From Eledone cirrhosa (taxonomy: Eukaryota), in NCBI GenBank assembly GCA_964016885.1, contig CAXHJY010001439.1, forward strand, positions 248,001-312,000: a stretch of DNA of 64,000 nt. The letters run 5' to 3'. A program made the position numbers and the translations under genes. Below the pieces are notes generated by a model that saw only the letters and a list, made by a program, of their open reading frames with translations, had not been told where the DNA came from and searched no databases. Within the stretch, counting starts at the first letter, position 1. The number at the start of each line of letters is the position of its first letter. Below are positions 25,201 through 37,200 of this stretch, piece after piece.

Positions 25201-28200
25201 GTAGTTGGTGTTGGTGTTGTTGGTGTTGTTGGTGTTGTTGGTGTTGTTGGTGTTGTTGGTGTTGGTGGTGTTGTTGGTGTTGGTGGTGTTGTTGGTGTTG
25301 GTGGTGTTGGTGTTGCTGGTGTTGTTGGTGTTGTTGGTGTTGTTGGTGTTGGTGGTGTTGTTGGTGTTGGTGGTGTTGTTGGTGTTGTTGGTATTGTTGG
25401 TGTTGGTGGTGTTGGTGGTGTTGTTGGTGTTGTTGGTGTTGTTGGTGTTGTTGGTGTTATTGGTGTTGGCGGTGTTGTTGGTGTTGTTGGTGTTGTTGGT
25501 GTTGTTGGTGGTGTTGGTGGTGTTGTTGGTGTTGGTGGTGTTGTTGGTGTTGGTGTTGTTGGTGTTGTTGGTGTTGTTGGTGTTGGTGTTGTTGGTGTTG
25601 GTGGTGTTGTTGGTGTTGGTGTTGGTGGTGTTGTTGGTGTTGTTGGTGTTGTTGGTGTTGTTGGTGTTGTTGGTGTTGTTGGTGTTGTTGGTGTTGTTGG
25701 TGTTGGTGTTGTTGGTGTTGTTGGTGTTGTTGGTGTTGTTGGTGTTGTTGGTGTTGGTGGTGTTGTTGGTGGTGTTGGTGTTGTTGTTGGTGGTGTTGGT
25801 GTTGTTGGTGGTGTTGGTGTTGTTGGTGGTGGTGTTGGTGGTGTTGGTGGTGTTGGTGTTGTTGGTGGTGGTGTTGGTGTTGTTGGTGTTGTTGGTGTTG
25901 GTGGTGTTGTTGGTGGTGTTGGTGTCGTTGTTGGTGGTGTTGGTGGTGTTGGTGGTGTTGGTGTTGTTGGTGGTGGTGTTGGTGTTGTTGGTGTTGTTGG
26001 TGTTGTTGGTGTTGTTGGTGTGGTTGTTGTTGGTGTTGTTGGTTTTGTTGGTGTTGTTGGTGTTGGTGGTGTTGTTGGTGGTGTTGGTGTTGTTGGTGTT
26101 GTTGGTGGTGTTGTTGGTGTTGTTGGTGTTATTGGTGTTGGCGGTGTTGTTGGTGTTGTTGGTGTTGTTGGTGTTGTTGGTGGTGTTGGTGGTGTTGTTG
26201 GTGTTGGTGGTGTTGTTGGTGTTGGTGTTGTTGGTGTTGTTGGTGTTGGTGGTGTTGTTGGTGTTGGTGGTGTTGTTGGTGGTGTTGGTGTTGTTGTTGG
26301 TGGTGTTGGTGGTGTTGTTGGTGTTGTTGGTGGTGTTGTTGGTGTTGTTGGTGTTGGTGGTGTTATTGATGTTGGTGTTGTTGGTGTTGTTGGTGTTGTT
26401 GGTGGTGTTGTTGGTGTTGGTGGTGTTGTTGGTGCTGTTGTTGGTGTTGGTGGTGTTGTTGGTGTTGGTGTTGTTGGTGGTGTTGGTGTTGTTGTTGGTG
26501 GTGTTGGTGGTGTTGTTGGTGTTGTTGGTGTTGTTGGTGTTGGTGGTGTTGGTGGTGTTGGTGTTGTTGGTGGTGTTGTTGGTGTTGGTGGTGTTGTTGG
26601 TGCTGTTGTTGGTGTTGGTGGTGTTGTTGGTGTTGGTGTTGTTGGTGGTGTTGGTGTTGTTGTTGGTGGTGTTGGTGGTGTTGTTGGTGTTGTTGGTGTT
26701 GTTGGTGTTGTTGGTGTTGGTGGTGTTGGTTTTGTTGGTGGTGTTGGTGGTGTTGTTGGTGTTGTTGGTGTTGTTGGTGTTGTTGGTGTTGGTGTTGTTG
26801 GTGGTGTTGTTGGTGTTGTTGGTGTTGGTGGTGTTATTGGTGTTGGTGTTGTTGGTGTTGTTGGTGTTGTTGGTGTTGGTGGTGTTGGTGTTGTTGGTGG
26901 TGTTGATGTTGTTGTTGGTGGTTTGGTGGTATTGTTCGTGTTGTTTGTGTTGGTGGTGTTGGTGTTGTTGGTGGTGTATTTGGTGTTGGTGGTGTTGTTG
27001 GTGTTGTTGGTGTTGTTGGTGTTGGTGGTGTTGGTGTTGTTGGTGGTGTTGTTGGTGTTTGTGGTGTTGGTGTTGTTGGTGGTGTTGTTGGTGGTGTTGT
27101 TGGTGTTGTTGGTGTTGTTGGTGTTGGTGGTGTTGGTGTTGTTGGTGGTGTTGTTGGTGTTGGTGGTGTTGTTGGTGTTGGTGTTGTTGGTGGTGTTGGT
27201 GTTGTTGTCGGTGGTGTTGGTGGTGTTGTTGGTGTTGGTGGTGTTGTTGGTGTTGGTGGTGTTGTTGTTGGTGGTGTTGTTGTTGGTGGTGTTGTTGGTG
27301 TTGTTGGTGTTGGTGTTGTTGTTGGTGGTGTTGTTGTTGCTGTTGGTGTTGTTGGTGTTGGTGGTGTTGTTGCTGTTGTTGGTGTTGGCGTTGTTGTTGG
27401 TGTTGGTGTTGTTGGTGTTGTTGGTGGTGTTGGTGGTGTTGGTGGTGTTGTTGGTGTTGTTGGTGTTGGTGGTGTTGGTGTTGTTGGTGGTGGTGTTGGT
27501 GGTGTTGTTGGTGTTGTTGGTGGTGTTGTTGTTGGTGTTGTTGGTGTTGTTGGTGTTGTTGGTGTTGTTGGTGGTGTTGGTGGTGGTGTTGTTGGTGTTG
27601 TTGGTGGTGTTATTGGTGTTGGTGTTGTTGGTGTTGTTGGTGTTGGTGTTGTTGTTGTTGGTGGTGTTGTTGGTGTTGTTGTTGATGTTGTTGGTGTTGG
27701 TGTTGTTGGTGTTGTTGGTGGTGTTGGTGGTGTTGTTGGTGTCGTTGGTGTTGTTGGTGGTGTTGTTGGTGTTGTTGGTGTTGTTGGTGTTGTTGTTGGT
27801 GGTGTTGTTGGTGTTGTTGATGTTGGTGTTGTTGGTGTTGTTGGTGGTGTTGCTGGTGTTGTTGGTGTTGTTGGTGTTGTTGGTGGTGTTGTTGGTGTTG
27901 TTGGTGTTGTTGGTGTTGTTGGTGTTGTTGTTAATGTTGTTGGTGTTGGTGTTGTTGGCGTTGTTGGTTGTTTTGGTGGTGTTGTTGGTGTTGTTGGTGG
28001 TGTTGTTGGTGTTGTTGGTGGTGTTGGTGTTGTTGGTGTTGTTGGTGTTGTTGTTGGTGTTGTTGGTGTTGTTGGTGTTGTTGGTGTTGTTGGTGTTGTT
28101 GTTGATGTTGTTGGTGTTGGTGTTGTTGGTGTTGTTGGTGGTGTTGGTGTTGTTGGTGTTGTTGGTGTTGGTGTTGTTGGTGTTGTTGGTGTTGGTGGTG

Positions 28201-31200
28201 TTGGTGTTATTGGTGGTGTTGGTGGTGTTGGTGTTGTTGGTGTTGTTGGTGGTGTTGGTGTTGTTGGTGTTATTGGTGTTGGCGGTGTTGTTGGTGTTGT
28301 TGGTGTTGTTGGTGTTGTTGGTGTTGTTGTTGGTGTTGGTGGTGTTGTTGGTGTTGGTGTTGTTGGTGTTGGTGTTGTTGGTGTTGCTGGTGTTGTTGGT
28401 GTTGGTGTTGGTGGTGTTGTTGGTGTTGTTGGTGTTGTTGGTGTTGTTGGTGTTGTTGGTGGTGTTGGTGGTGTTGTTGGTGTTGGTGGTGTTGTTGGTG
28501 TTGGTGTTGGTGGTGTTGTTGGTGTTGTTGGTGTTGTTGGTGGTGTTGGTGGTGTTGTTGGTGTTGGTGGTGTTGTTGGTGTTGGTGTTGTTGGTGTTGT
28601 TGGTGTTGTTGGTGTTGGTGTTGTTGGTGTTGGTGGTGTTGTTGGTGTTGGTGTTGGTGGTGTTGTTGGTGTTGTTGGTGTTGTTGGTGTTGTTGGTGTT
28701 GTTGGTGTTGTTGGTGTTGTTGGTGTTGTTGGTGTTGTTGGTGTTGGTGTTGTTGGTGTTGTTGGTGTTGTTGGTGTTGTTGGTGTTGGTGGTGTTGTTG
28801 GTGTTGTTGGTGTTGGTGGTGTTGTTGGTGGTGTTGGTGTTGTTGTTGGTGGTGTTGGTGGTGTTGGTGGTGTTGGTGTTGTTGGTGGTGGTGTTGGTGT
28901 TGTTGGTGTTGTTGGTGTTGTTGGTGTTGTTGGTGTGGTTGTTGTTGGTGTTGTTGGTGTTGTTGGTGTTGTTGGTGTTGGTGGTGTTGTTGGTGGTGTT
29001 GGTGTTGTTGGTGTTGTTGGTGGTGTTGTTGGTGTTGTTGGTGTTGTTGGTGTTATTGGTGTTATTGGTGTTGGCGGTGTTGTTGGTGTTGTTGGTGTTG
29101 TTGGTGTTGTTGGTGGTGTTGGTGGTGTTGTTGGTGTTGGTGGTGTTGTTGGTGTTGGTGTTGTTGGTGTTGTTGGTGTTGGTGGTGTTGTTGGTGTTGG
29201 TGGTGTTGTTGGTGGTGTTGGTGTTGTTGTTGGTGGTGTTGGTGGTGTTGTTGGTGTTGTTGGTGGTGTTGTTGGTGTTGTTGGTGTTGGTGGTGTTATT
29301 GATGTTGGTGTTGTTGGTGTTGTTGGTGTTGTTGGTGGTGTTGTTGGTGTTGGTGGTGTTGTTGGTGCTGTTGTTGGTGTTGGTGGTGTTGTTGGTGTTG
29401 GTGTTGTTGGTGGTGTTGGTGTTGTTGTTGGTGGTGTTGGTGGTGTTGTTGGTGTTGTTGGTGTTGTTGGTGTTGTTGGTGTTGGTGGTGTTGGTGTTGT
29501 TGGTGGTGTTGTTGGTGTTGGTGGTGTTGTTGGTGCTGTTGTTGGTGTTGGTGTTGTTGGTGGTGTTGGTGTTGTTGTTGTTGGTGTTGGTGGTGTTGTT
29601 GGTGTTGTTGGTGTTGTTGGTGTTGTTGGTGTTGGTGGTGTTGGTGTTGTTGGTGGTGTTGGTGGTGTTGTTGGTGTTGTTGGTGTTGTTGGTGTTGGTG
29701 TTGTTGGTGGTGTTGTTGGTGTTGTTGGTGTTGGTGGTGTTATTGGTGTTGGTGTTGTTGGTGTTGTTGGTGTTGTTGGTGTTGGTGGTGTTGGTGTTGT
29801 TGGTGGTGTTGGTGTTGTTGTTGGTGGTGTTGGTGGTATTGTTGGTGTTGTTTGTGTTGGTGGTGTTGGTGTTGTTGGTGGTGTTGTTGGTGTTGGTGGT
29901 GTTGTTGGTGTTGTTGGTGTTGTTGGTGTTGGTGGTGTTGGTGTTGTTGGTGGTGTTGTTGGTGTTTGTGGTGTTGGTGTTGTTGGTGGTGTTGTTGGTG
30001 GTGTTGTTGGTGTTGTTGGTGTTGTTGGTGTTGGTGGTGTTGGTGTTGTTGGTGTTGTTGGTGGTGTTGGTGTTGTTGTCGGTGGTGTTGGTGGTGTTGT
30101 TGGTGTTGGTGGTGTTGTTGGTGTTGGTGTTGTTGGTGGTGTTGGTGTTGTTGTCGGTGGTGTTGGTGGTGTTGTTGGTGTTGGTGGTGTTGTTGGTGTT
30201 GGTGGTGTTGTTGTTGGTGGTGTTGTTGTTGGTGGTGTTGTTGGTGTTGTTGGTGTTGGTGTTGTTGTTGGTGGTGTTGTTGTTGCTGTTGGTGTTGTTG
30301 GTGTTGGTGGTGTTGTTGCTGTTGTTGGTGTTGGCGTTGTTGTTGGTGTTGGTGTTGTTGGTGTTGTTGGTGGTGTTGGTGGTGTTGGTGGTGTTGTTGG
30401 TGTTGTTGGTGTTGGTGGTGTTGGTGTTGTTGGTGGTGGTGTTGGTGGTGTTGTTGGTGTTGTTGGTGGTGTTGTTGTTGGTGTTGTTGGTGTTGTTGGT
30501 GTTGTTGGTGTTGTTGGTGGTGTTGGTGGTGGTGTTGTTGGTTTTGTTGGTGGTGTTATTGGTGTTGGTGTTGTTGGTGTTGTTGGTGTTGGTGTTGTTG
30601 TTGTTGGTGGTGTTGTTGGTGTTGTTGTTGATGTTGTTGGTGTTGGTGTTTTTGGTGTTGTTGGTGGTGTTGGTGGTGTTGTTGGTGTCGTTGGTGTTGT
30701 TGGTGGTGTTGTTGGTGTTGTTGGTGTTGTTGGTGTTGTTGGTGATGTTGTTGGTGTTGTTGGTGTTGGTGTTGTTGGTGTTGTTGGTGGTGTTGCTGGT
30801 GTTGTTGGTGTTGTTGGTGTTGTTGGTGGTGTTGTTGGTGTTGTTGGTGTTGTTGGTGTTGTTGGTGTTGTTGTTGATGTTGTTGGTGTTGTTGGTGTTG
30901 TTGGTGTTGTTGTTAATGTTGTTGGTGTTGGTGTTGTTGGCGTTGTTGGTTGTTTTGGTGGTGTTGTTGGTGTTGTTGGTGGTGTTGTTGGTGTTGTTGG
31001 TGGTGTTGGTGTTGTTGGTGTTGTTGTTGTTGTTGTTGGTGTTGTTGGTGTTGTTGGTGTTGGTGTTGTTGGTGTTGTTGGTGGTGTTGGTGTTGTTGGT
31101 GTTGTTGGTGTTGGTGTTGTTGGTGTTGTTGGTGTTGGTGGTGTTGGTGTTATTGGTGGTGTTGGTGGTGTTGGTGTTGTTGGTGTTGTTGGTGGTGTTG

Positions 31201-34200
31201 GTGTTGTTGGTGTTGTTGGTGTTGTTGGTGTTGTTGTTGTTGTTGGTGGTGTTGTTGGTGTTGGTGGTGTTGTTGGTGTTGTTGGTGTTGTTGGTGTTGG
31301 TGGTGTTGTTGGTGTTGTTGGTGTTGTTGGTGTTGGTGGTGTTGGTGTTGTTGGTGTTGTTGGTGTTGTTGGTGTTGGTGTTGTTGGTGTTGTTGTTGTT
31401 GGTGTTGTTGGTGTTGTTGGTGTTGTTGGTGTTGTTGGTGTTGTTGGTGTTGGTGTTGTTGGTGGTGGTGTTGTTGGTGTTGTTGGTGTTGTTGGTGTTG
31501 TTGGTGTTGTTGTTGTTGGTGTTGTTGGTGTTGTTGGTGTTGTTGGTGTTGTTGGTGTTGGTGTTGTTGGTGTTGTTGGTGTTGTTGGTGTTGGTGTTGT
31601 TGGTGGTGTTGTTGGTGTTGTTGGTGTTGGTGTTGGTGGTGTTGTTGGTGTTGTTGGTGTTGTTGGTGTTGGTGTCGTTGGTGGTGTTGGTGTTGTTGGT
31701 GTTGTTGGTGTTGTTGGTGTTGTTGGTGTTGTTGGTGTTGGTGGTGTTGGTGGTGTTGTTGGTGTTGTTGGTGTTGTTGGTGTTGTTGGTGTTGTTGGTG
31801 TTGGTGTTGTTGGTGTTGTTGGTGTTGGTGTTGTTGTTGTTGGTGTTGTTGGTGTTGTTGGTGTTGGTGTTGTTGGTGGTGTTGTTGGTGTTTTTGGTGT
31901 TGGTGGTGTTATTGGTGTTGGTGTTGTTGGTGTTGTTGGTGTTGGTGTTGTTGGTGTTGTTGTTGTTGGTGTTGTTGGGGTTGTTGGTGTTGGTGTTGTT
32001 GGTGGTGTTGTTGGTGTTGTTGGTGTTGGTGTCGTTGGTGTTGGCGTTGTTGGTTGTTTTGGTTGTGTTGTTGGTGTTGTTGGTGGTGTTGTTGGTGTTG
32101 TTGGTGGTGTTGGTGTTGTTGGTGTTGTTGGTGTTGTTGTTGGTGTTGTTGGTGTTGTTGGTGTTGTTGGTGTTGTTGGTGTTGTTGTTGATGTTGTTGG
32201 TGTTGTTGGTGTTGGTGGTGTCGTTGGTGTTGGCGTTGTTGGTTGTTTTGGTGGTGTTGTTGGTGTTGTTGGTGGTGTTGTTGGTGTTGTTGGTGTTGTT
32301 GGTGTTGTTGGTGGTGTTGGTGTTGTTGGTGTTGTTGGTGTTGTTGGTGGTGTTGTTGGTGTTGTTGGTGTTGGTGGTGTTGTTGGTGTTGTTGTTGATG
32401 TTGTTGGTGTTGTTGGTGTTGGTGTTGTTGGTGTTGTTGGTGTTGTTGGTGGTGTTGTTGGTGTTGTTGGTGTTGGTGGTGTTGTTGGTGTTGTTGGTGT
32501 TGTTGGTGTTGTTGGTGTTGGTGGTGTCGTTGGTGTTGGCGTTGTTGGTTGTTTTGGTGGTGTTCTTGGTGTTGTTGGTGGTGTTGTTGGTGTTGTTGGT
32601 GGTGTTGGTGTTGTTGGTGTTGTTGGTGTTGTTGTTGGTGTTGTTGGTGTTGTTGGTGTTGTTGGTGTTGTTGGTGTTGTTGTTGATGTTGTTGGTGTTG
32701 TTGGTGTTGGTGGTGTCGTTGGTGTTGGCGTTGTTGGTTGTTTTGGTGGTGTTGTTGGTGTTGTTGGTGGTGTTGTTGGTGTTGTTGGTGGTGTTGGTGT
32801 TGTTGGTGTTGTTGTTGGTGTTGTTGGTGTTGTTGGTGTTGTTGGTGTTGTTGGTGTTGTTGTTGATGTTGTTGGTGTTGTTGGTGTTGGTGGTGTCGTT
32901 GGTGTTGGCGTTGTTGGTTGTTTTGGTGGTGTTGTTGGTGTTGTTGGTGGTGTTGTTGGTGTTGTTGGTGTTGTTGGTGGTGTTGGTGTTGTTGGTGTTG
33001 TTGGTTTTGGTGTTGTTGGTGTTGTTGGTGGTGTTCGTGTTGTTGGTGTTGGTGTTGTTGGTGTTGTTGGTGTTGGTGGTGTTGGTTTTATTGGTGGTGC
33101 TGGTGTTGTTGGTGTTGTTGGTGTTGTTGGTGGTGTTGGTGTTGTTGGTGTTGTTGGTGTTGTTGGTGTTGTTGTTGTTGTTGGTGGTGTTGTTGGTGTT
33201 GGTGGTGTTGTTGGTGTTGTTGGTGTTGTTGGTGTTTGTGGTGTTGTTGGTGTTGTTGGTGTTGTTGGTGTTGGTGGTGTTGGTGTTGTTGGTGTTGTTG
33301 GTGTTGTTGGTGTTGGTGTTGTTGGTGTTGTTGTTTTTGGTGTTGTTGTTGTTGGTGTTGTTGGTGTTGTTGTTGATGTTATTGGTGTTGGTGTTGTTGG
33401 TGTTGTTGGTGTTGTTGGTGTTGGTGGTCTTGGTGGTGTTCTTGTTGGTGTTGTTGGTGTTGTTGTTGATGTTATTGGTGTTGGTGTTGTTGGTGTTGTT
33501 GGTGTTGTTGGTGTTGGTGGTGTTGGTGGTGTTGTTGGTGTTGTTGGTGTTGGTGGTGTTGGTAGTGTTGGTGTTGTTGGTGGTGTTGGTGTTATTGTTG
33601 ATGGTGTTGGTGATGTTGTTGGTGTTGTTGGTGTTGGTGGTGTTGTTGGTGTTGGTGGTGTTGGTGTTGTTGGTGTTGTTGGTGTTGTTGGTGTTGTTGG
33701 TGTTGTTGGTGTTGTTGGTGTTGGTGTTGTTGGTGTTGTTGGTGTTGTTGGTGTTGGTGTTGTTGGTGGTGTTGTTGGTGTTGTTGGTGTTGTTGTTGTT
33801 GGTGTTGTTGGTGTTGTTGGTGTTGTTGGTGTTGTTGTTGATGTTATTGGTGTTGGTGTTGTTGGTGTTGTTGGTGTTGTTGGTGTTGTTGGTGTTGGTG
33901 TTGTTGGTTGTGTTGGTGTTGTTGGTGTTGTTGGTGTTGGTGATTTTGTTGGTGTTGTTGGTGTTGGCGGTGTTGTTGGTGTTGGTGGTGTTGGTGTTGT
34001 TGGTGTTGTTGGTGTTGTTGTTGTTGTTGGTGTTGTTGGTGTTGGTGGTGTTGGTAGTGTTGGTGTTGTTGGTGGTGTTGGTGTTATTGTTGATGGTGTT
34101 GGTGATGTTGTTGGTGTTGTTGGTGTTGGTGGTGTTGTTGGTGTTGGTGGTGTTGGTGTTGTTGGTGTTGTTGGTGTTGTTGGTGTTGTTGGTGTTGTTG

Positions 34201-37200
34201 GTGTTGGTGTTGTTGGTGTTGTTGGTGTTGTTGTTGTTGGTGTTGTTGGTGGTGTTGTTGGTGTTGTTGGTGTTGTTGTTGTTGGTGTTGTTGGTGTTGT
34301 TGTTGGTGTTGTTGGTGTTGGTGGTGTTGTTGGTGTTGTTGGTGTTGTTGGTGTTGTTGGTGTTGGTGGTGTCGTTGGTGTTGTTGTTGATGTTGTTGGT
34401 GTTGTTGGTGTTGGTGGTGTCGTTGGTGTTGGCGTTGTTGGTTGTTTTGGTGGTGTTGTTGGTGTTGTTGGTGGTGTTGTTGGTGTTGTTGGTGTTGTTG
34501 GTGTTGTTGGTGGTGTTGGTGTTGTTGGTGTTGTTGGTGTTGTTGGTGGTGTTGTTGGTGTTGTTGGTGTTGGTGGTGTTGTTGGTGTTGTTGTTGATGT
34601 TGTTGGTGTTGTTGGTGTTGGTGTTGTTGGTGTTGTTGGTGTTGTTGGTGGTGTTGTTGGTGTTGTTGGTGTTGGTGGTGTTGTTGGTGTTGTTGGTGTT
34701 GTTGGTGTTGTTGGTGTTGGTGGTGTCGTTGGTGTTGGCGTTGTTGGTTGTTTTGGTGGTGTTGTTGGTGTTGTTGGTGGTGTTGTTGGTGTTGTTGGTG
34801 GTGTTGGTGTTGTTGGTGTTGTTGGTGTTGTTGTTGGTGTTGTTGGTGTTGTTGGTGTTGTTGGTGTTGTTGGTGTTGTTGTTGATGTTGTTGGTGTTGT
34901 TGGTGTTGGTGGTGTCGTTGGTGTTGGCGTTGTTGGTTGTTTTGGTGGTGTTGTTGGTGTTGTTGGTGGTGTTGTTGGTGTTGTTGGTGGTGTTGGTGTT
35001 GTTGGTGTTGTTGTTGTTGTTGTTGGTGTTGTTGGTGTTGTTGGTGTTGTTGGTGTTGTTGTTGATGTTGTTGGTGTTGTTGGTGTTGGTGGTGACGTTG
35101 GTGTTGGCGTTGTTGGTTGTTTTGGTGGTGTTGTTGGTGTTGTTGGTGGTGTTGTTTGTGTTGTTGGTGTTGTTGGTGGTGTTGGTGTTGTTGGTGTTGT
35201 TGGTGTTGTTGGTGTTGGTGTTGTTGGTGTTGTTGGTGGTGTTGGTGGTGTTGGTGTTGTTGGTGTTGTTGGTGTTGGTGTTGTTGGTGTTGTTGGTGGT
35301 GTTGGTGTTGTTGGTGTTGGTGTTGTTGGTGTTGTTGGTGTTGGTGGTGTTGGTGTTATTGGTGGTGCTGGTGTTGTTGGTGTTGTTGGTGTTGTTGGTG
35401 GTGTTGGTGTTGTTGGTGTTGTTGGTGTTGTTGGTGTTGTTGTTGTTGTTGGTGGTGTTGTTGGTGTTGGTGGTGTTGTTGGTGTTGTTGGTGTTGTTGG
35501 TGTTTGTGGTGTTGTTGGTGTTGTTGGTGTTGTTGGTGTTGGTGGTGTTGGTGTTGTTGGTGTTGTTGGTGTTGTTGGTGTTGGTGTTGTTGGTGTTGTT
35601 GTTGTTGGTGTTGTTGTTGTTGGTGTTGTTGGTGTTGTTGTTGATGTTATTGGTGTTGGTGTTGTTGGTGTTGTTGGTGTTGTTGGTGTTGGTGGTCTTG
35701 GTGGTGTTGTTGTTGGTGTTGTTGGTGTTGTTGTTGATGTTATTGGTGTTGGTGTTGTTGGTGTTGTTGGTGTTGTTGGTGTTGGTGGTGTTGGTGGTGT
35801 TGTTGGTGTTGTTGGTGTTGGTGGAGTTGGTAGTGTTGGTGTTGTTGGTGGTGTTGGTGTTATTGTTGATGGTGTTGGTGATGTTGTTGGTGTTGTTGGT
35901 GTTGGTGGTGTTGTTGGTGTTGTTGGTGTTGTTGGTGTTGTTGGTGTTGTTGGTGTTGTTGGTGTTGGTGTTGTTGGTGTTGTTGGTGTTGTTGGTGTTG
36001 GTGTTGTTGGTGGTGTTGTTGGTGTTGTTGGTGTTGTTGTTGTTGGTGTTGTTGGTGTTGTTGGTGTTGTTGGTGTTGTTGTTGATGTTATTGGTGTTGG
36101 TGTTGTTGGTGTTGTTGGTGTTGTTGGTGTTGTTGGTGTTGGTGTTGTTGGTGGTGTTGGTGTTGTTGGTGTTGTTGGTGTTGGTGATTTTGTTGGTGTT
36201 GTTGGTGTTGGCGGTGTTGTTGGTGTTGGTGGTGTTGGTGTTGTTGGTGTTGTTGGTGTTGTTGGTGTTGTTGGTGTTGTTGGTGTTGGTGGTGTTGGTA
36301 GTGTTGGTGTTGTTGGTGGTGTTGGTGTTATTGTTGATGGTGTTGGTGATGTTGTTGGTGTTGTTGGTGTTGGTGGTGTTGTTGGTGTTGGTGGTGTTGG
36401 TGTTGTTGGTGTTGTTGGTGTTGTTGGTGTTGTTGGTGTTGTTGGTGTTGGTGTTGTTGGTGTTGTTGGTGTTGTTGTTGTTGGTGTTGTTGGTGGTGTT
36501 GTTGGTGTTGTTGGTGTTGTTGTTGTTGGTGTTGTTGGTGTTGTTGGTGTTGTTGGTGTTGTTGTTGATGTTATTGGTGTTGGTGTTGTTGGTGTTGTTG
36601 GTGTTGTTGGTGGTGTTGGTGTTATTGTTGATGGTGTTGGTGATGTTGTTGGTGTTGTTGGTGTTGGTGATTTTGTTGGTGTTGTTGGTGTTGGCGGTGT
36701 TGTTGGTGTTGGTGGTCTTGGTGTTGTTGGTGTTGTTGGTGTTGTTGGTGTTGTTGGTGTTGTTGGTGTTGTTGGTGTTGGTGTTGTTGGTGTTGTTGGT
36801 GTTGTTGGTGTTGGTGTTGTTGGTGGTGTTGTTGGTGTTGTTGGTGTTGGTGTTGGTGGTGGTGTTGGTGTTGTTGGTGTTGTTGGTGTTGTTGGTGTTG
36901 TTGGTGTTGGTGGTGTTGTTGGTGTTGTTGGTGTTGTTGTTGTTGGTGTTGTTGGTGGTGTTGGTGTTGTTGGTGTTGTTGGTGTTGTTGGTGTTGGTGT
37001 TGTTGGTGTTGTTGGTGTTGTTGGTGTTGTTGGTGTTGGTGTTGTTGGTGTTGTTGGTGTTGTTGGTGTTGTTGGTGTTGGTGTTGTTGTTGTTGGTGTT
37101 GTTGGTGTTGTTGGTGTTGGTGTTGTTGGTGGTGTTGTTGGTGTTGTTGGTGTTGTTGTTGGTGGTGTTGTTGGTGTTGCTGGTGTTGGTGTTGTTGGTG